Positions 40,537 through 54,640 of a stretch of 64,000 nucleotides of DNA are shown here, in pieces. The notes under the pieces were generated by a model, which saw only the letters and a list, made by a program, of their open reading frames with translations, was not told the DNA's origin and searched no databases. Each line of letters opens with the position of its first letter. The first letter of the stretch is position 1. The position numbers were made by a program, and so were the translations under genes. The stretch is taken from assembly GCA_904063045.1 (NCBI GenBank), contig CAJFCJ010000024.1, forward strand, positions 863,777 through 927,776, given 5' to 3'. This stretch comes from Dimorphilus gyrociliatus (taxonomy: Eukaryota > Animalia > Annelida).

Positions 40537-42290
40537 ATAATTAATTAGATTTTTCCCTTTTCTAAAAAAGAAACAGGAACAATTATTATATTGAAAGAGA
40601 ACAACAAAAACTGTATTTTTCTTTTAAAATACATCATTTAATAGATACATTCGGATTTATTATGCAAATAATACAACTTATACAACAAGCAGTTTCTCCG
40701 TATCTTAATTAACTCTATACGATTTCAATAATTATCCTACTGGAATGTTTATTTATAGATATTTTTTTATGATAGTACGAAGAGAAAATCAATAAAGAAT
40801 ATAATTTTACTTCTAACTTTCTTATTGAAATTTATTTTATATAAAAAGAAAAATAACAAGTTTGCACGCAACATTTATATTACTTGTTTATGTTTATCGA
40901 AGATGATGATAATCTATTATAACTTGACTAGAATCTATTAGTAATCACAACCTATTTATAGACAATTTCATTTTGTTTTCCTTATAATTATTGTCTATTT
41001 CTTTTGCTGTTGATAAATTCTGCTCTGGTAAACGGACCCTTATTTTTTTTTATCTCATTTACTCAGACCACCCTCCTTACCCGCCTTCTTCACTTGCTCT
41101 TTATCAAGAAATTCATAATTGGACATTTCCCATTATAATACGATAGGCTTTGAGTAACTTTTTCCCCGGAATCGGAAGCTTCCACCCTCTTTATGTCGTT
41201 AATTTCAACATGCCTTTTAATAACAGCTATTAAAAAAATATTGATCTATCTGTTCGTTTTTAAATATGAATATCCCCGTTTGCCTCCCTCTCCCTACAAG
41301 AACAAGTCATTTTTAAAGAGTCTTTATTTTGACAGGATTAGATAAAATATTTGATTAGAATAATATATTCCGTTCTAACCAACCTACATTAACAAATATT
41401 GATAGAAATCGAAGAAGTACTTGAATATCCCAGGGGTTCATTCTATTTTCCTCTCTTTCTTTGGTATTATCCTTCCTCTATGCCTAAATATTTGAATATG
41501 TTTTCTAAACGTAATTAAATATTACGCAAAGCTCTTACCTACGCATATTATCATTATTATTCTTACCAAGTCCTTAGTTTATGGATAAAAACGTAAAAAG
41601 CGTTTCTATGTAAAGATATATAAACTGATTATTAAAATACAGTAAAAAGCTTTCTATTCCTTAGGTGTTCTATTCTTTTTTAATATCAATGCAGGCACAG
41701 TCCTATACATTTCCCTTTAAAAATAGCGAAAAGGATGAAGAATTTCTATCTTATTTGTAAGAACAAAAGGTTAACTTATTTTGTATAGATTTTACAAAAA
41801 TCTCTCATAAGAAAAATATATCTGGATGGAGTATGGAATATCTTGAAAATTGAGGTAGGTAGGAAAGTATATAAGATATAATATTCAACGAAAGACTTTT
41901 CTCTTTCCCTCGCTCTCTTTACAAGCATAAATAGAAAGATTTTTAGTCTATCTTCGTCTAGCCTTTGACGTGATTTTGTTAATTAAAGAAATGGATTATG
42001 TTTTAATATAACTAATAATAGAACTATAGATTAATTAATACATGAATGTTTAAAAAGTATATACTATATTATCGAGATGCGTTTTGAACACAACAGATAA
42101 AAATAAATGTACAGTATGTACAGTATATATAAATTTATATACATATTTATATAGTTTTATCTATATCTATAAGTATAAATGACACAAATAGATTAGTCTT
42201 TTTAATGGATGATAGAGAATAACAGAGAAATGAAGGGAAAGATAGAAAAGAGAAACGATTAGATGAATTTGATGTAAACAAAACACAAAG

Positions 42291-45200
42291 TTAAAAATAA
42301 TATAAAAATCCTGCCCAGTATAAAATATTTAAGCAGACGAAAGAGAAAGGGAATAAAATTCTAGCCATTGAATCGATTCTACTAACGCTAGATGTACCGC
42401 ATTTACTCATCGCTTTCAAATGTCTATAATTGCTGTTGCCCATTAAACAGTGAAGAAACATTACCCAACAGTTTTCTTTCACTAAACCGTCCGGTCCTCC
42501 AATATAGTCTGTACAAGTGTTTGACATTGCATGACCGTTTACATCGGTTACGTAACTCTGCCGCCTGTTTTCTGGTCGCATTAAAGGAATAAAATCTGGA
42601 CTACTGCCTTTTGTAAAATAATTAACTCCTGCATATTCAACAAGAGCGGCGAAAACGAAACAAAAACACATGACTAAAAAAATGTCTAATGCTGTTGAGT
42701 AGCTGACTTTTGGTATCCCTTCTCGTCCTGTTATACCAATAGTACATGTTGTGAGAAGAGTTGTCGTGCCAAGGGTTACTCTGGCTGGCGTCGCTTCTCG
42801 ATTTATCCAAAATGATACCCAAGAAATGATAACAATTAGGTAGCATGGTAAATAGATTTGTAGGAAGAGGAAGCCGATTTCTCTTCGAAGTTTAAAAACT
42901 ACAAAGATAATTTTTCGATTTCCTGGATGGATGGATGAATAAATAAATTAATTAAATAGAAATATATAATCCTTTTTGTTTTTTTTTTTATAAAAAAAAC
43001 TCAAATCTAAAGTAAAAAATTGGATTTTTAATTGAATATATAAAAAAAGACACAAGAGATCGTTATGAAGCTTATTTGAAAAGAAAGTTTAGTGGCTCCA
43101 CCTACCATGATTTAAACCCGATGTCATATTGCCAGTTTCTTTTTCAGTTAATTTAAATTGAGCCATTTTGATATCTTTATAATTAGCCACTGGTTTCTTA
43201 CCAGATTTATTCTCCCATTCATAAAGAACATCCTCACTACCGTATCCATCTGCCAAAGGCAAAGAAATAAAAGCGGATTATCTCTAGGTATTATCCTAAT
43301 CTATTGCTAGCTTAAACTCACAACTGCCAATCCAAAGCGGACAGTTTTGTTTATCCATGGGATACTTTTCCAGATTCATTATACACTTCGATTTGATTGT
43401 TAACCTCTGTGAATATAGTATGTCACCGCTGGCGTTAATTCTAAATAATTTATTCGAATAGGTGATGGTATGCAAATATGATCCTTGTCCATTTAGAATG
43501 TAGGTATCAGGTATCCATATTTTGTCCGTCATTTTAACACTAGGACGTAATTGAGTTATATTCCCATCTATAAAATAGATAAATGAATAGTTGGCATAGA
43601 ATAATGAAATAAACACTCTGATAGACGATAAGAAAGTAATAAAAAAGAGTCAAAGAAAAAATCCATTATCATAGGTATTGTTTGGTTTTAAACAGCCCTA
43701 TTTTAGTGTCAAATTTCCCAGAACGTGTATAAACAGAGATAATTTGTTATCAGCCTTTAGAGCTTTTTTCTTTATTTTTCCACTGTCGGAACTACGATAG
43801 ACTAGAATCTTACATTCCTTAGCAAAATTATTAGTTTAAGCTCCCTCCTTTTCTACTACTACCACCCTTCTTTTTTTTTCTTTCCTTTTTGCTCTTTCTC
43901 TCTCGCTCACGTTCTAATTTCTCCCTCAATTCCCTGCTATTTCTATATATCGACTATCAATGCATAAATTTTCTTTACATGTAAAAAATTTCCGCGAAAT
44001 TCAATTCAGAGAAAGATAATACACTCTTAATGAAGCATAAGAAATAAAAATAATCAGATAGTTTCTTATTATAATATGAATATAGAATAAATATTTTGCA
44101 ACAGCTGTAAAGGTTGATATAGTTCACTACCATCAAATTATTTTCTATTTAAATAGTATGAATTACAAAAGTGTCATAATTTATCTTTTTCCTTCTCCTC
44201 CTCACTCTTTCCCTTTTCTTTTCTTACTCATACGATTATCGAAAGATAATAACTAGAAGAAATAAATGTAAATTGCGTAAAACGTGTCTTGATGTTGTTT
44301 TCTTGGAAAAGAGAATTAGTTTTCCCTTTTTTTTTAGGTAAATGTTTCAAAATTATTGCAGCTGTTTTTTTTTACATTTGATGAACGAGATCTATAAACC
44401 TTTAGGGAAAATGTAACAAATCAAAAATCAATGTTCAGTTGTAAATAGTAAAACGCGAAAAACAAAAATCGAAAAGGTTTTTGGGGTAAAGAGATAGAGG
44501 GTTAGACAGACAGAGAGAGAGAGAGGGAGAGAGAGAGAGAGAGAGAGAGAGGGAGAAGAGGAAAGAAAAATTGTTTTATAACTACTTATCTATCGGGAAA
44601 TCTAGTCAGAATGGGTATTCGATCTTTATCAAATATTATAGAAAAAGATATAAATTGGCAAACTCTCTAAATGAATCCAATCATTCTATTGAAAATTAAT
44701 ACAGTCTATTTGTATTGTATAATAGAGTACTTAATGAAAGAGAATAATTAAGACATTTTTCAAAATGAATGAACAAGCGTTCGATTAAGATTGATCTGTC
44801 CTCTCTTACTTCCATATAGAGATACCCGAGGCAATATTATTTTGCACCTGTTGTCTTGTTTTTACAAATGATTATGGATGATAACCCTAAGGCAATTGTT
44901 TAATTAGACGATAAAACTATGTATTGCTGCCTATTTTCATTAGTTAGCCACAAATAGCGTTAATAATCGTCTTATATCAGTTAATTGGGTTAAATATTCA
45001 TTGAAGCAGTAAACTTATATCTGTAAAGATATATATAATATATAAGGATATATGTATCAAATACATATATTCAGCATGGTAAATGTATATAATACAACTA
45101 CACATATATAAATATCTTAGGGGTAAATAAGGTTTAATCGTGTTTGCTGATAAATTAAACAAACTATTATAGACAGAAAAAATAAATAAATAGGGAAAAG

Positions 45201-48200
45201 TTCAATTCTAACACAGACAATAAAATTCGTTGAAAGGATAAAAGCTTTAAATAGAAATCTTTCATAATCAGATATTATTAATTTTCAATTTTCATATATC
45301 TTTCAATGATTATCTTCTTATATGCAGTATTTTCCTTTGGGATAAATGCTATTAATAGCATACTTCATATAGTTGAAGAAATATTAGCTGAAATTAGTTT
45401 TTAACACTAATTTTCCTCTATAACAGGCTCTTCTATTTCTAATTAAAACTCGTAAATTTAATTGTTTCATACTGTTTCTTTGTTATATGAATTTAGAAAT
45501 TTAGCCCTTTTCCCAAGATCAGAACGACTGTAAAAGTTTGCGTGACTAAAAACGCTTCTACTCAAGAGTACTTTATCGTCTAGTAATCACGTTTCTTTTT
45601 CACCAATTGACGAAAAATGCTCGTTTCGACAACTTCAATTTGTAAGAATAAAAATAATAGGAAAATGTGCCCCTTTTGTAAACAATTACATTTTCTATTG
45701 AATAGAATTCAATAGAATTTATAATAAAAAGAGATAAGTTTTGATTCGATTGATTATTAAAATAATAAGTATTTTATTCTTTCGTATAGATAAATACTCT
45801 TTAGAATTGAAAGACGAGCATTCATTATATACCGATTATCTCATTTCTTCTTAGTTTTACTGCTTTTCTTCTCTCTCTTTTTTGATTAAGCATTGAGAAT
45901 TTTCATTCTATTACCTCTTTATAAAGTAGCCACCAATTTATAACCTGTGCCATTAAGGTCAAGTTGAGAGTGAAAGCGGGTAAGGGATTTAGCATCAGGT
46001 GTATGACCAGCTACACTTTATCGATAAATTCCCTACTGATGGATTGAGGTTTTAAACAACTGTGTAAATTGATGTAAAAACCCTCTTCTCTATTATTCAC
46101 TTGTCTTGAACAATAGTAAGGATAAAAATGATTAAGTCCTGTTCCCTCGGAATTTTTAATACTTGAAAAAAAAACTGTACGTTTTTATTATGAAGACTTC
46201 TTTTCATCTTCCTCTCTTCCCCCTTTTTATTATTGGTTTATAAATTTATCTAAATCCGACTTGACATACTGCAATTTTACAGTTTTAAATGCAAATCTTT
46301 TTCATCCTCTTTTCTCCTTCTATAGTCTAACAAACTTTTTTTTTTCCAGTAAATGTTTAGTTTTGTCAAAGGGAAGACTGCTTGCATAATAATATTTACT
46401 TACATCCTTTAACAACCGAGAATAATAGAATAAATGATTCTTTCCCGGTTCTTTTCTAGTATTGTCAACTGTCTTTTATTCATATCATAAAAAGATTGGG
46501 AAATGGTAAAAAACGAGTGGGAGGTGTGGGAGGTACAAAAGAGATTTGGTGAGAATTTTAAAATGGCCACCACCACCATGAAAATACTTTTTTCAGCAAT
46601 TAAACAATTCTCTAGATGGTTGAATGATGAATGAATTATTTATTTTCTGGATTTACTTTCTCACAAATTAGCATCGTTTACTATTATAAAAAGTGAAGAT
46701 TACTAGCATATCTTAAATCGACGAAATGGTTTAATAATTAAGACTTTTCCCTTGTTTCTCTTTTATTCATTGTCATCAATTTTCATGAATTATTTATTTT
46801 TATGATTTAATAACCTAGATGTGTTTAATAGTCATAATATATTCGTTGATAAATGTCAGTAATTAATATTTAATAAGAAATTAATCAGCGTTATACTTTT
46901 CTTTCATTACTAAAAGTATACTTTTTATCTATAGGATACTATATAAAAATATCTTATTAACAATATCTATACATATTTATACCGCAAATACATTATGTAC
47001 TGCAATCTCGGAGAAATGTTCTCATTTTGCTTTTTATCTCTTTTAGGTTATATTTATCTAAAGTAGCTTCGTTTAACGCTAACGAAAATATTTCGCTTAT
47101 AAGTAAGAGAAAAGAAACTCTCTTGGAAGCGGGGCTTTCCTTTATGCTTCATTAAAAAGTGTGGAAAGAATAGATTGGAAAATATATAGGAATAGAAAAT
47201 ATTTTGTAAAACTATTCGCTCACCTGTTGGAAAAGATAATCTAATATCTTTCCATGTTTGCCTGAAGTAGCAGTCCATCGAGAAAAGCTGACAGAAATGA
47301 AATATGTAAAGAGTCTATGGAGCATTTCATTAAAGAGTACGAGAAAGATATAGCACTTTCTATAGTAGATTATGAATTAATATAGGGCAAAACTGTACAA
47401 ATATACAGTGTAGTATGTTTATGCATATAAGTTAATAGAAACGCTTATTTGCATCACTACAGCTATTTTTAGTAATAAAATAGTTCAGTAACCAAATTCG
47501 ATTGTCAGACAAAAATTGAGTCTGGTGAAACTAGTAATAAAAGATAATGCTTACCATCTTTTCCTCACTTACTGGACCCATACTTCTTATAAGGATATTA
47601 ACTGTTACAGAAAGCGGTGGACCTGTTTGGGAAACGGCAAAGAAAAAAAATAAAACAACCAATAAATTTTACTTTTGGGAATTACTAAATTTCGCTTTGA
47701 TATAATTTATATGGAACCTTAAAAGAAAGTCAGTTTTACATTACTTTACGCTAAATCTCTTTACTTTATAACATATTTGGTACTGTTTTAGTAAATAAAT
47801 GGATGAAATATACGTGCTGTCTACATAGAATATTGCAATATACTCTTAATAGTTGTATTTTTATAGAGATTCTTAAGAAAATTAAAGAACCGGTAATTAT
47901 TCCACAATGTAAATTATACGTAATACAAATAAATATTTGATGTATAACAACGTTGTACTCATTTAAAAATTCTCTTCTTATTCTGCACTCTACAAAAAGA
48001 GAGATAATAGAGAAGAAATAATAGATAGTATACTAATACAAACAGTTAAATATACTATGTGATATACAAAATATTGTCTATTTAAATATGAATAAGAAGG
48101 AATTTATACTTTGTCAATTATTGTTCAATTAAACTTGGTTGATAATTTTTTTCAATAGGAAACAAATGCATTTTTATTTGTAAAACTTTCAAAAGAGGCC

Positions 48201-48322
48201 GACAGGAAAAAAGTTAATCGATAAATCGAAATCTTGAGAATATTATGATTTTTACAAGTATTTTATTTAATAAACAAAGCTTCTTCTTAATCTTTTTCCC
48301 TCCCCCTCATTTTCTCTTTTTT

Positions 48323-48353
<31 letters not shown>

Positions 48354-51300
48354 TACTCCCCTTTTCATTTTCTCTTTTTTCATTTCCTTTTCTGTCAATC
48401 TTTCCTTCTATATTTAATTTATTTTTTAAAATCTTATGAATATTAATTATTTTTATTTCATTTAATTTGCATTATAAATAAATTGAATTTTTGTTCATAA
48501 AATACTCGAAATCAACTGAGTAATAAACTTATTAGCTTAGAATAAAATATGGAAGAGTCAAATATTATCCTACGCTTTGCTGTCTAATATAAAAGAAATA
48601 ACAAAATTAGAGAAAGTAATTCAGGAGATAATCAAGATATTAATAAAAAATCCTTAGGCTTCGGAGAGGAGCACATATAATAGTAATTCTTCTTGATAAA
48701 GGAATAGGAGTTTTAGTCTAAATCTTCTACAAGAGTAGGTAATAGGCATAGGAAAAAAATCATAAGGGAATAATAGAATCCGAAGTGTATTAAAGTTTTT
48801 CATCTATCCTCCTAAGACATACGCCTTACAAAGAAAACAAAAAAAGATGCTAAAGGTAAAATAATCATAAAAAGAGAAGAAGAAAAACTCAAATAGATCG
48901 TTTGTTTATAATAAAGTCGTACCAAGTCAATAAAAAAGGGATGTAACGTCAACTAGAGCTATAAGTCAGAAATGTTTCAATAAACAAGCGAAGGCATTAG
49001 AATAATAGAAAAGGCAAGAATTGATTGAAAAGGTCAGCCGGCGTTTTCGACTGGAAGCGGGAAATTTCAATTTCCTGGCGCCGTTGGCGACTTTTCTACC
49101 CCCTTCTTCCTCTCCTTCTTTATCGGGCTCAACCTCACCCCAACACCCCAACCTCCCCTACCATTATCTTATCGATGAAACGATCGGTCATGAGTAGAGG
49201 AGTAATGGAATATTCTTTCCTAAACTAGATCCCTATCAGACGGGAACTACGGATAATCAGCATCATTTTCCTTTCAACTTAAAAACTTATCTTATCCCTT
49301 TAAGACTAGTTTAGTTTACACAATAGACGAAGAGAATTTCGTGAAACGAACATCAAATATAAAAGAATACAAATGTTTTTTAAGCATAGTTGCGTTGAGT
49401 AAAAGAAAACGTTAGAACTATATTAACGCGTATGAAATGTTCTAAGAAAACGGCCAATAACTGAATGATAGAGGGAATGAAAAATGGATAAATTTCCCTA
49501 TCTCGCCTGTTTTTTTGTATGAAACATTGTCTAATACAATTGCAAGCATAGTTACAGAAATCTTTTTGTTACTTTTCCCAATATTTTATCGTTTTGCCAT
49601 AAATATAAATATATACAATAATACAACCCATTGGTTATGCTGTGTAATGCAAATTCCTTTAAAAGAATCTAGCCTCAAAAATAGCTTTACTTGGCAACTC
49701 TACTCAGTAATAATTGTTTTCACCAAGAATCTAGATTAAGTCGATTCACAACGGGTAGTATTTTTTAAGTAAGCATCCTTTTTTTTATATTATTCACCAA
49801 ACAAGACAACTAATTCTTTTAAGCCTACACTCACTCTCTTCTATCTTTCACTATCCCACTCATCTATTCCCTTTCTTTAATTTATCCATTTTCCCTTTTA
49901 ACAATCCAAAGAAAGTCATACATTAGATAAATAAATTGACAAACTGAAAAGACCTAATTAAATGTAACAAAACCGTATAACAAGTACTTATTTTTATCTT
50001 CTATTTTTAATCTCCTTAATTAGCTTGAATATATGTATATTCAAAAAAGACAAAGAGAAATGGAAACTATTTATTCAATGTAGTTGAATGAAAGAAAATT
50101 TAAAAGCAAGTTAATTTAAAGGAAGAGAGAAGAGAAGGAAGTCAAACTAAAAAGATTTAAAAGTGTGAAGAAGGGATTAAAAGATTACTTGAATAGGACG
50201 TATTAAAAAGTAAACAGCATTATCAAGAGATGTTCTAGAAGCTATCAACTTTTTACAACGTTTTGATGGTTTCTATTCTAACTTTGTAATTTCTATAAAT
50301 AGTGTATATACAAATATATATATATATATATATTTTTCAATGTCGAATTATTTACTATACAGATTACTACGTAAATAAATAAATAGGTAAATTGTACTAT
50401 ATATATACATATACTTATAATTAAATTCGCATTGGATGCGTTCCAAAGTTACCAATAATATAGCTATACAATAAGAAATTTTGTGTCCATAGAAACATAA
50501 ATTCTTACTAAATTTAACACGACATGGTGTGATATTTTTATTAGTATATGTTCATGGGATATATGCATTAATAAATCGTATATACTCATATTTACTACAT
50601 ACACAGACGTATTTACCGAAATTCCCATTCATAAAGACATAAATATATAAAAAAAAACTGTATATAGATAACCATATTTAGAAATACGTGGATAATTATA
50701 CTTCCATCTATCTTAAATATAGTATATACTCTTATTGTGTCTCCATCTCTTACGCCTCGACTATCACGCTAACTTGAATGTTGGACGACGCTTGTCAACG
50801 TTTAATGAATATTAATTAGCAAAATTGGAAAACTGTAGCAGGATTTTCCTTCAAAAGTCAAGTGTAGTGACACTTTGTTTATCATTCTTTCTCTCTTTCT
50901 TTCTATTTCTCTAATTTTACATTGAATTAGAGAAAACGTATATTAATGTTTTATGTTTATTGTTAATATTGTTCCAATTAAATTCGCCTGTTTCCATTCT
51001 GTTATGAATACTTTGTTAAATAGAGATTTATATAATCATATATAGTATAGTATATTTTCTATTGTTGAGTCAATTAATAGAAATATTTCGCTAATTATAG
51101 GATTAATCAAGTCAATATTCTCTTTAATAAGATTTAAGATAAAAATAATATAGAAATAAAGAAACAACAACGTAGAATTATTTTCCTCATTTCCGAATAA
51201 ATCAATTACGATCAATAAACTTTTCTTTAATGAGAACTTTTGCATTAGACGTAAAGAATACTCGTAAAAATTTGATCATCTTCAAGATTCTCTTTCTATT

Positions 51301-54187
51301 CTTCCGACATCGTGCATTTTACCAGCAATTGTTCATTTCCGGTTCTACCGAGTAAGGCTTGCATAATACTCTAGATTAAGCAGCAATCTACCACAATAAA
51401 AGGTATCTGCTGTCGTTAATCCTTCTTTCCTTTTTTTTTGATCACCACCCCCTTACTTGTCAGATAATGCGACACTTAAATAGTAGGAGAACTCTAGTTT
51501 AAAACTATACATCAAGGTCATGATATATTCAAGAAAATGGAAATGTCGCCCATCTTTCTCTCATTAGACGAAATTGGCTTCAGGTTTTGTAGAAAAACAT
51601 TCAGTTTCTTTCTCAAAATATGTTTTATTTATATACAAATGATAAGAAATTTCATTTATTTTAAATAATATACTTATGCAACTTATAGACTATATACGCT
51701 CTAGAATAGACTTTATTCCTGATCATGATTAACTTAATTACGTAATATTATATGTATGTCCTCTTAAAAACAAATGCTTTATACTTATAGATTTTCACGT
51801 AATCGGAAGTTTCTCATACAAAGTTTTAATTTATTACCCAATGCCGGAAATTGACTTCAAAATGGCGTATTTCTCCCTAGCTTTTCTATTCTCAAAAGAG
51901 CGATTTTTTCTAATTTTTCACACCCATTGCGATAAATTCAGTCTAATGAACCCAAAAAAGGGGAATTGATTCCGATTTGTTTTCATTTTCCCCTACTTTA
52001 ACATACACTTATTGTAGTATAACTTTTACTATTTAAATATTCCTCTGTAAAATAAGATATTGTTATAATTATAAAGGAATTTTAATGAATATTTATAAAT
52101 AAACTCAATAGTTATACCAATTTAATGTTAAGAGAGAAGAGAAGAGTACCTATATATTTACACTCTACGAGGATATAGAATACATCTCTTTCTCTCTAAG
52201 TCCTAAATGTATTATTTAGGCCTAGAAATGGAAACAAAACGTAGACTGTATATTAAAAGCCTTCGGAATTGCATTATGCAGTATGGGACTGTAATTATGA
52301 ATGTACATCTAGTATTTTAGATTCACTGTGTTTTATCCTGCTTTTATTACTATTTGTAAGAAGGAATGATGCAAAAAAGTGGTTCTCTTCCCTTAACAAT
52401 TTTATCAATATTTTGCGTTCTTATTATATGAATAAATTTAATAAAAATCCATCTTTTAGCCTATAAAGAAAATCACTAACGATCTAATATTATTCAACAC
52501 TCTTTTTAAACGTATTCTCTTTAATCATTCAATTCTTCTAGTTTCTTTTTTTATTTCATCAATGAAATAGTATATCTCTATTATTATGGGGAAATATTGG
52601 ACAGTATATCTATCTTTTTCGTTCTATTTCTTTACAGTAACGTAAAAACAACAAAAAAGAAATACTAAATATAGACAAAAAGAAATTTGAATTCTAATAT
52701 GTTAATTTACATATGTAAATAACTTATTTGTTATTGAAGTAGTGTATAGAGGTATAAAGGAATTTATAGTAACTTTTGCTTAGTTTTTTCCTAACGGTAT
52801 GGAGGCCAGTGAGAATGTTATATAATCTATTAATTCTGTGTTATCAATCTGTAACCTTTGTCCTGAAATTTTAAATATTCATTTTTTGTATAGTTTATGA
52901 GAAGTAATTTTAGCATCTTGCGTTTACATCCGGAATTTGATTAGCCACTTTGTCATAGAGTAGCTTACTTGTAAATACTTGAGCAAATACAATATGCATA
53001 TACGTATTCTAGAAACAAGCCTTTAAGTTGTACCATTAGTAGTAGTAGTAGTAGTGCTAATATATTTAAAAGAAAAAAGACTGCAATATCTACTGCAATA
53101 AAAATAGATCGAATAAGAAAAAGTAGAATAAAAAAACTTTCCAGGTAAAAAATATATACAGAATATAAATAAATTCGTGATTTTTATGGAATGTTTGCAT
53201 AAAAATAGAATATAAATGAAAAGTAAATAATATATTAATATTGAAAAGTTAAATTTTTAAGCCTATAATTGATCTATTGTTTGTCTTTTTTATATAACAA
53301 TAAAAAGGCTGTATCTCTATTGCTTATTATAGAACCAGCATATGTGAAGCCTATTCTCTTCATTTTCTAGTACTATCTATAATATTTTATTTGACATAAT
53401 TCCTACTACAGTATCCTAATCTATTGACAGAATAGAAATAATAAAGAACATAAACCTTGTATAAGACTAGTTAAAAAAAATCTATTTCCGTTCTAAGTTT
53501 AGACCATCCTGTTTGAAAATTGACTTTTGAAATCCACTGCAATAGTGCAGAGGAGAGCATTGATTATGCAAATATTAAATATAGACGGGCGCTATGAATA
53601 GGACGTAGATGACTAGTTATATTTACTTACCGCCGAAACCGGGCCGTAAATGCTTGTTGTAACCTTTCAGCAGTGAATCGAGCAGTGCAGTTACATTCCT
53701 ATTACGAATATTTTCGTAATTGTCCTTTAAGGACTTTGTCATTTGACTGCAATAAAAAATCGAAGCTTCGATTATTAAACGGATGTTAGAATTGGAATAG
53801 AAAATTGGTCGGACGGGAAGAGTGTTTTTTTACGCAATTTTTCATCTGATTGCCCTTTGTTTGTCAATAGTCTATTTTATTGTGCTCCTTCGAGACCCCT
53901 ATTAATAAAGTTAAATGTTTTCTTTATTTAATCTTAAACGTTTCGTATTATTGTGAATTTATTCTTATATACATATATATATATATATATATTTCAAGAA
54001 TAGCAATAACTGTTTAAATTTCTCTGTTTCAGTATTAGATTATCAGACAGAACAAGATATTTAAGTAATTCAATTAAAACGAGAAGAATACGATGGCTTC
54101 TCTATCAAAATCTTTTTTTTACTTTTTCTTATTTTCTTAATTTGTTTCCTATTTTTCTCTTTTTGTTTTCCCCTTCGCCTCTCTTTT

Positions 54188-54254
<67 letters not shown>

Positions 54255-54604
54255 ATACTTTCCTCTTCTAGCCCAAGGTTTTTCCCCTGAATTTTCATAT
54301 GACAGATACTCAATATAAAGAAATATTTAGGCGTATATTCATAAGCCTCTTTCAATTTTTAAGCTAATGGAAGAAAATAAGTCTCATAAAAATCAATGAC
54401 AGAACAAATCAAAGTCTAAGAGAATTCGTTAAAAAATTTATTAATAACACTACGTAAAATTTCACGAACTAACGCCATTAAGATTAGAATGGTATGTACG
54501 ATTATTTATATTTTAATCATTATCATACTAACATTATAACACAATGATAACAAACATACGCTGGAATTTACTAATTTCCTATGTTGCAGCGTAAAAGGAA
54601 TCTG

Positions 54605-54640
<36 letters not shown>

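Noticed and set aside
50770-50800. NVDKRRP on the minus strand as the GABA receptor YDxRLRP exon
   Set aside because: An in-frame stop lies just upstream and there are no splice sites; the true exon is 53746-53631.
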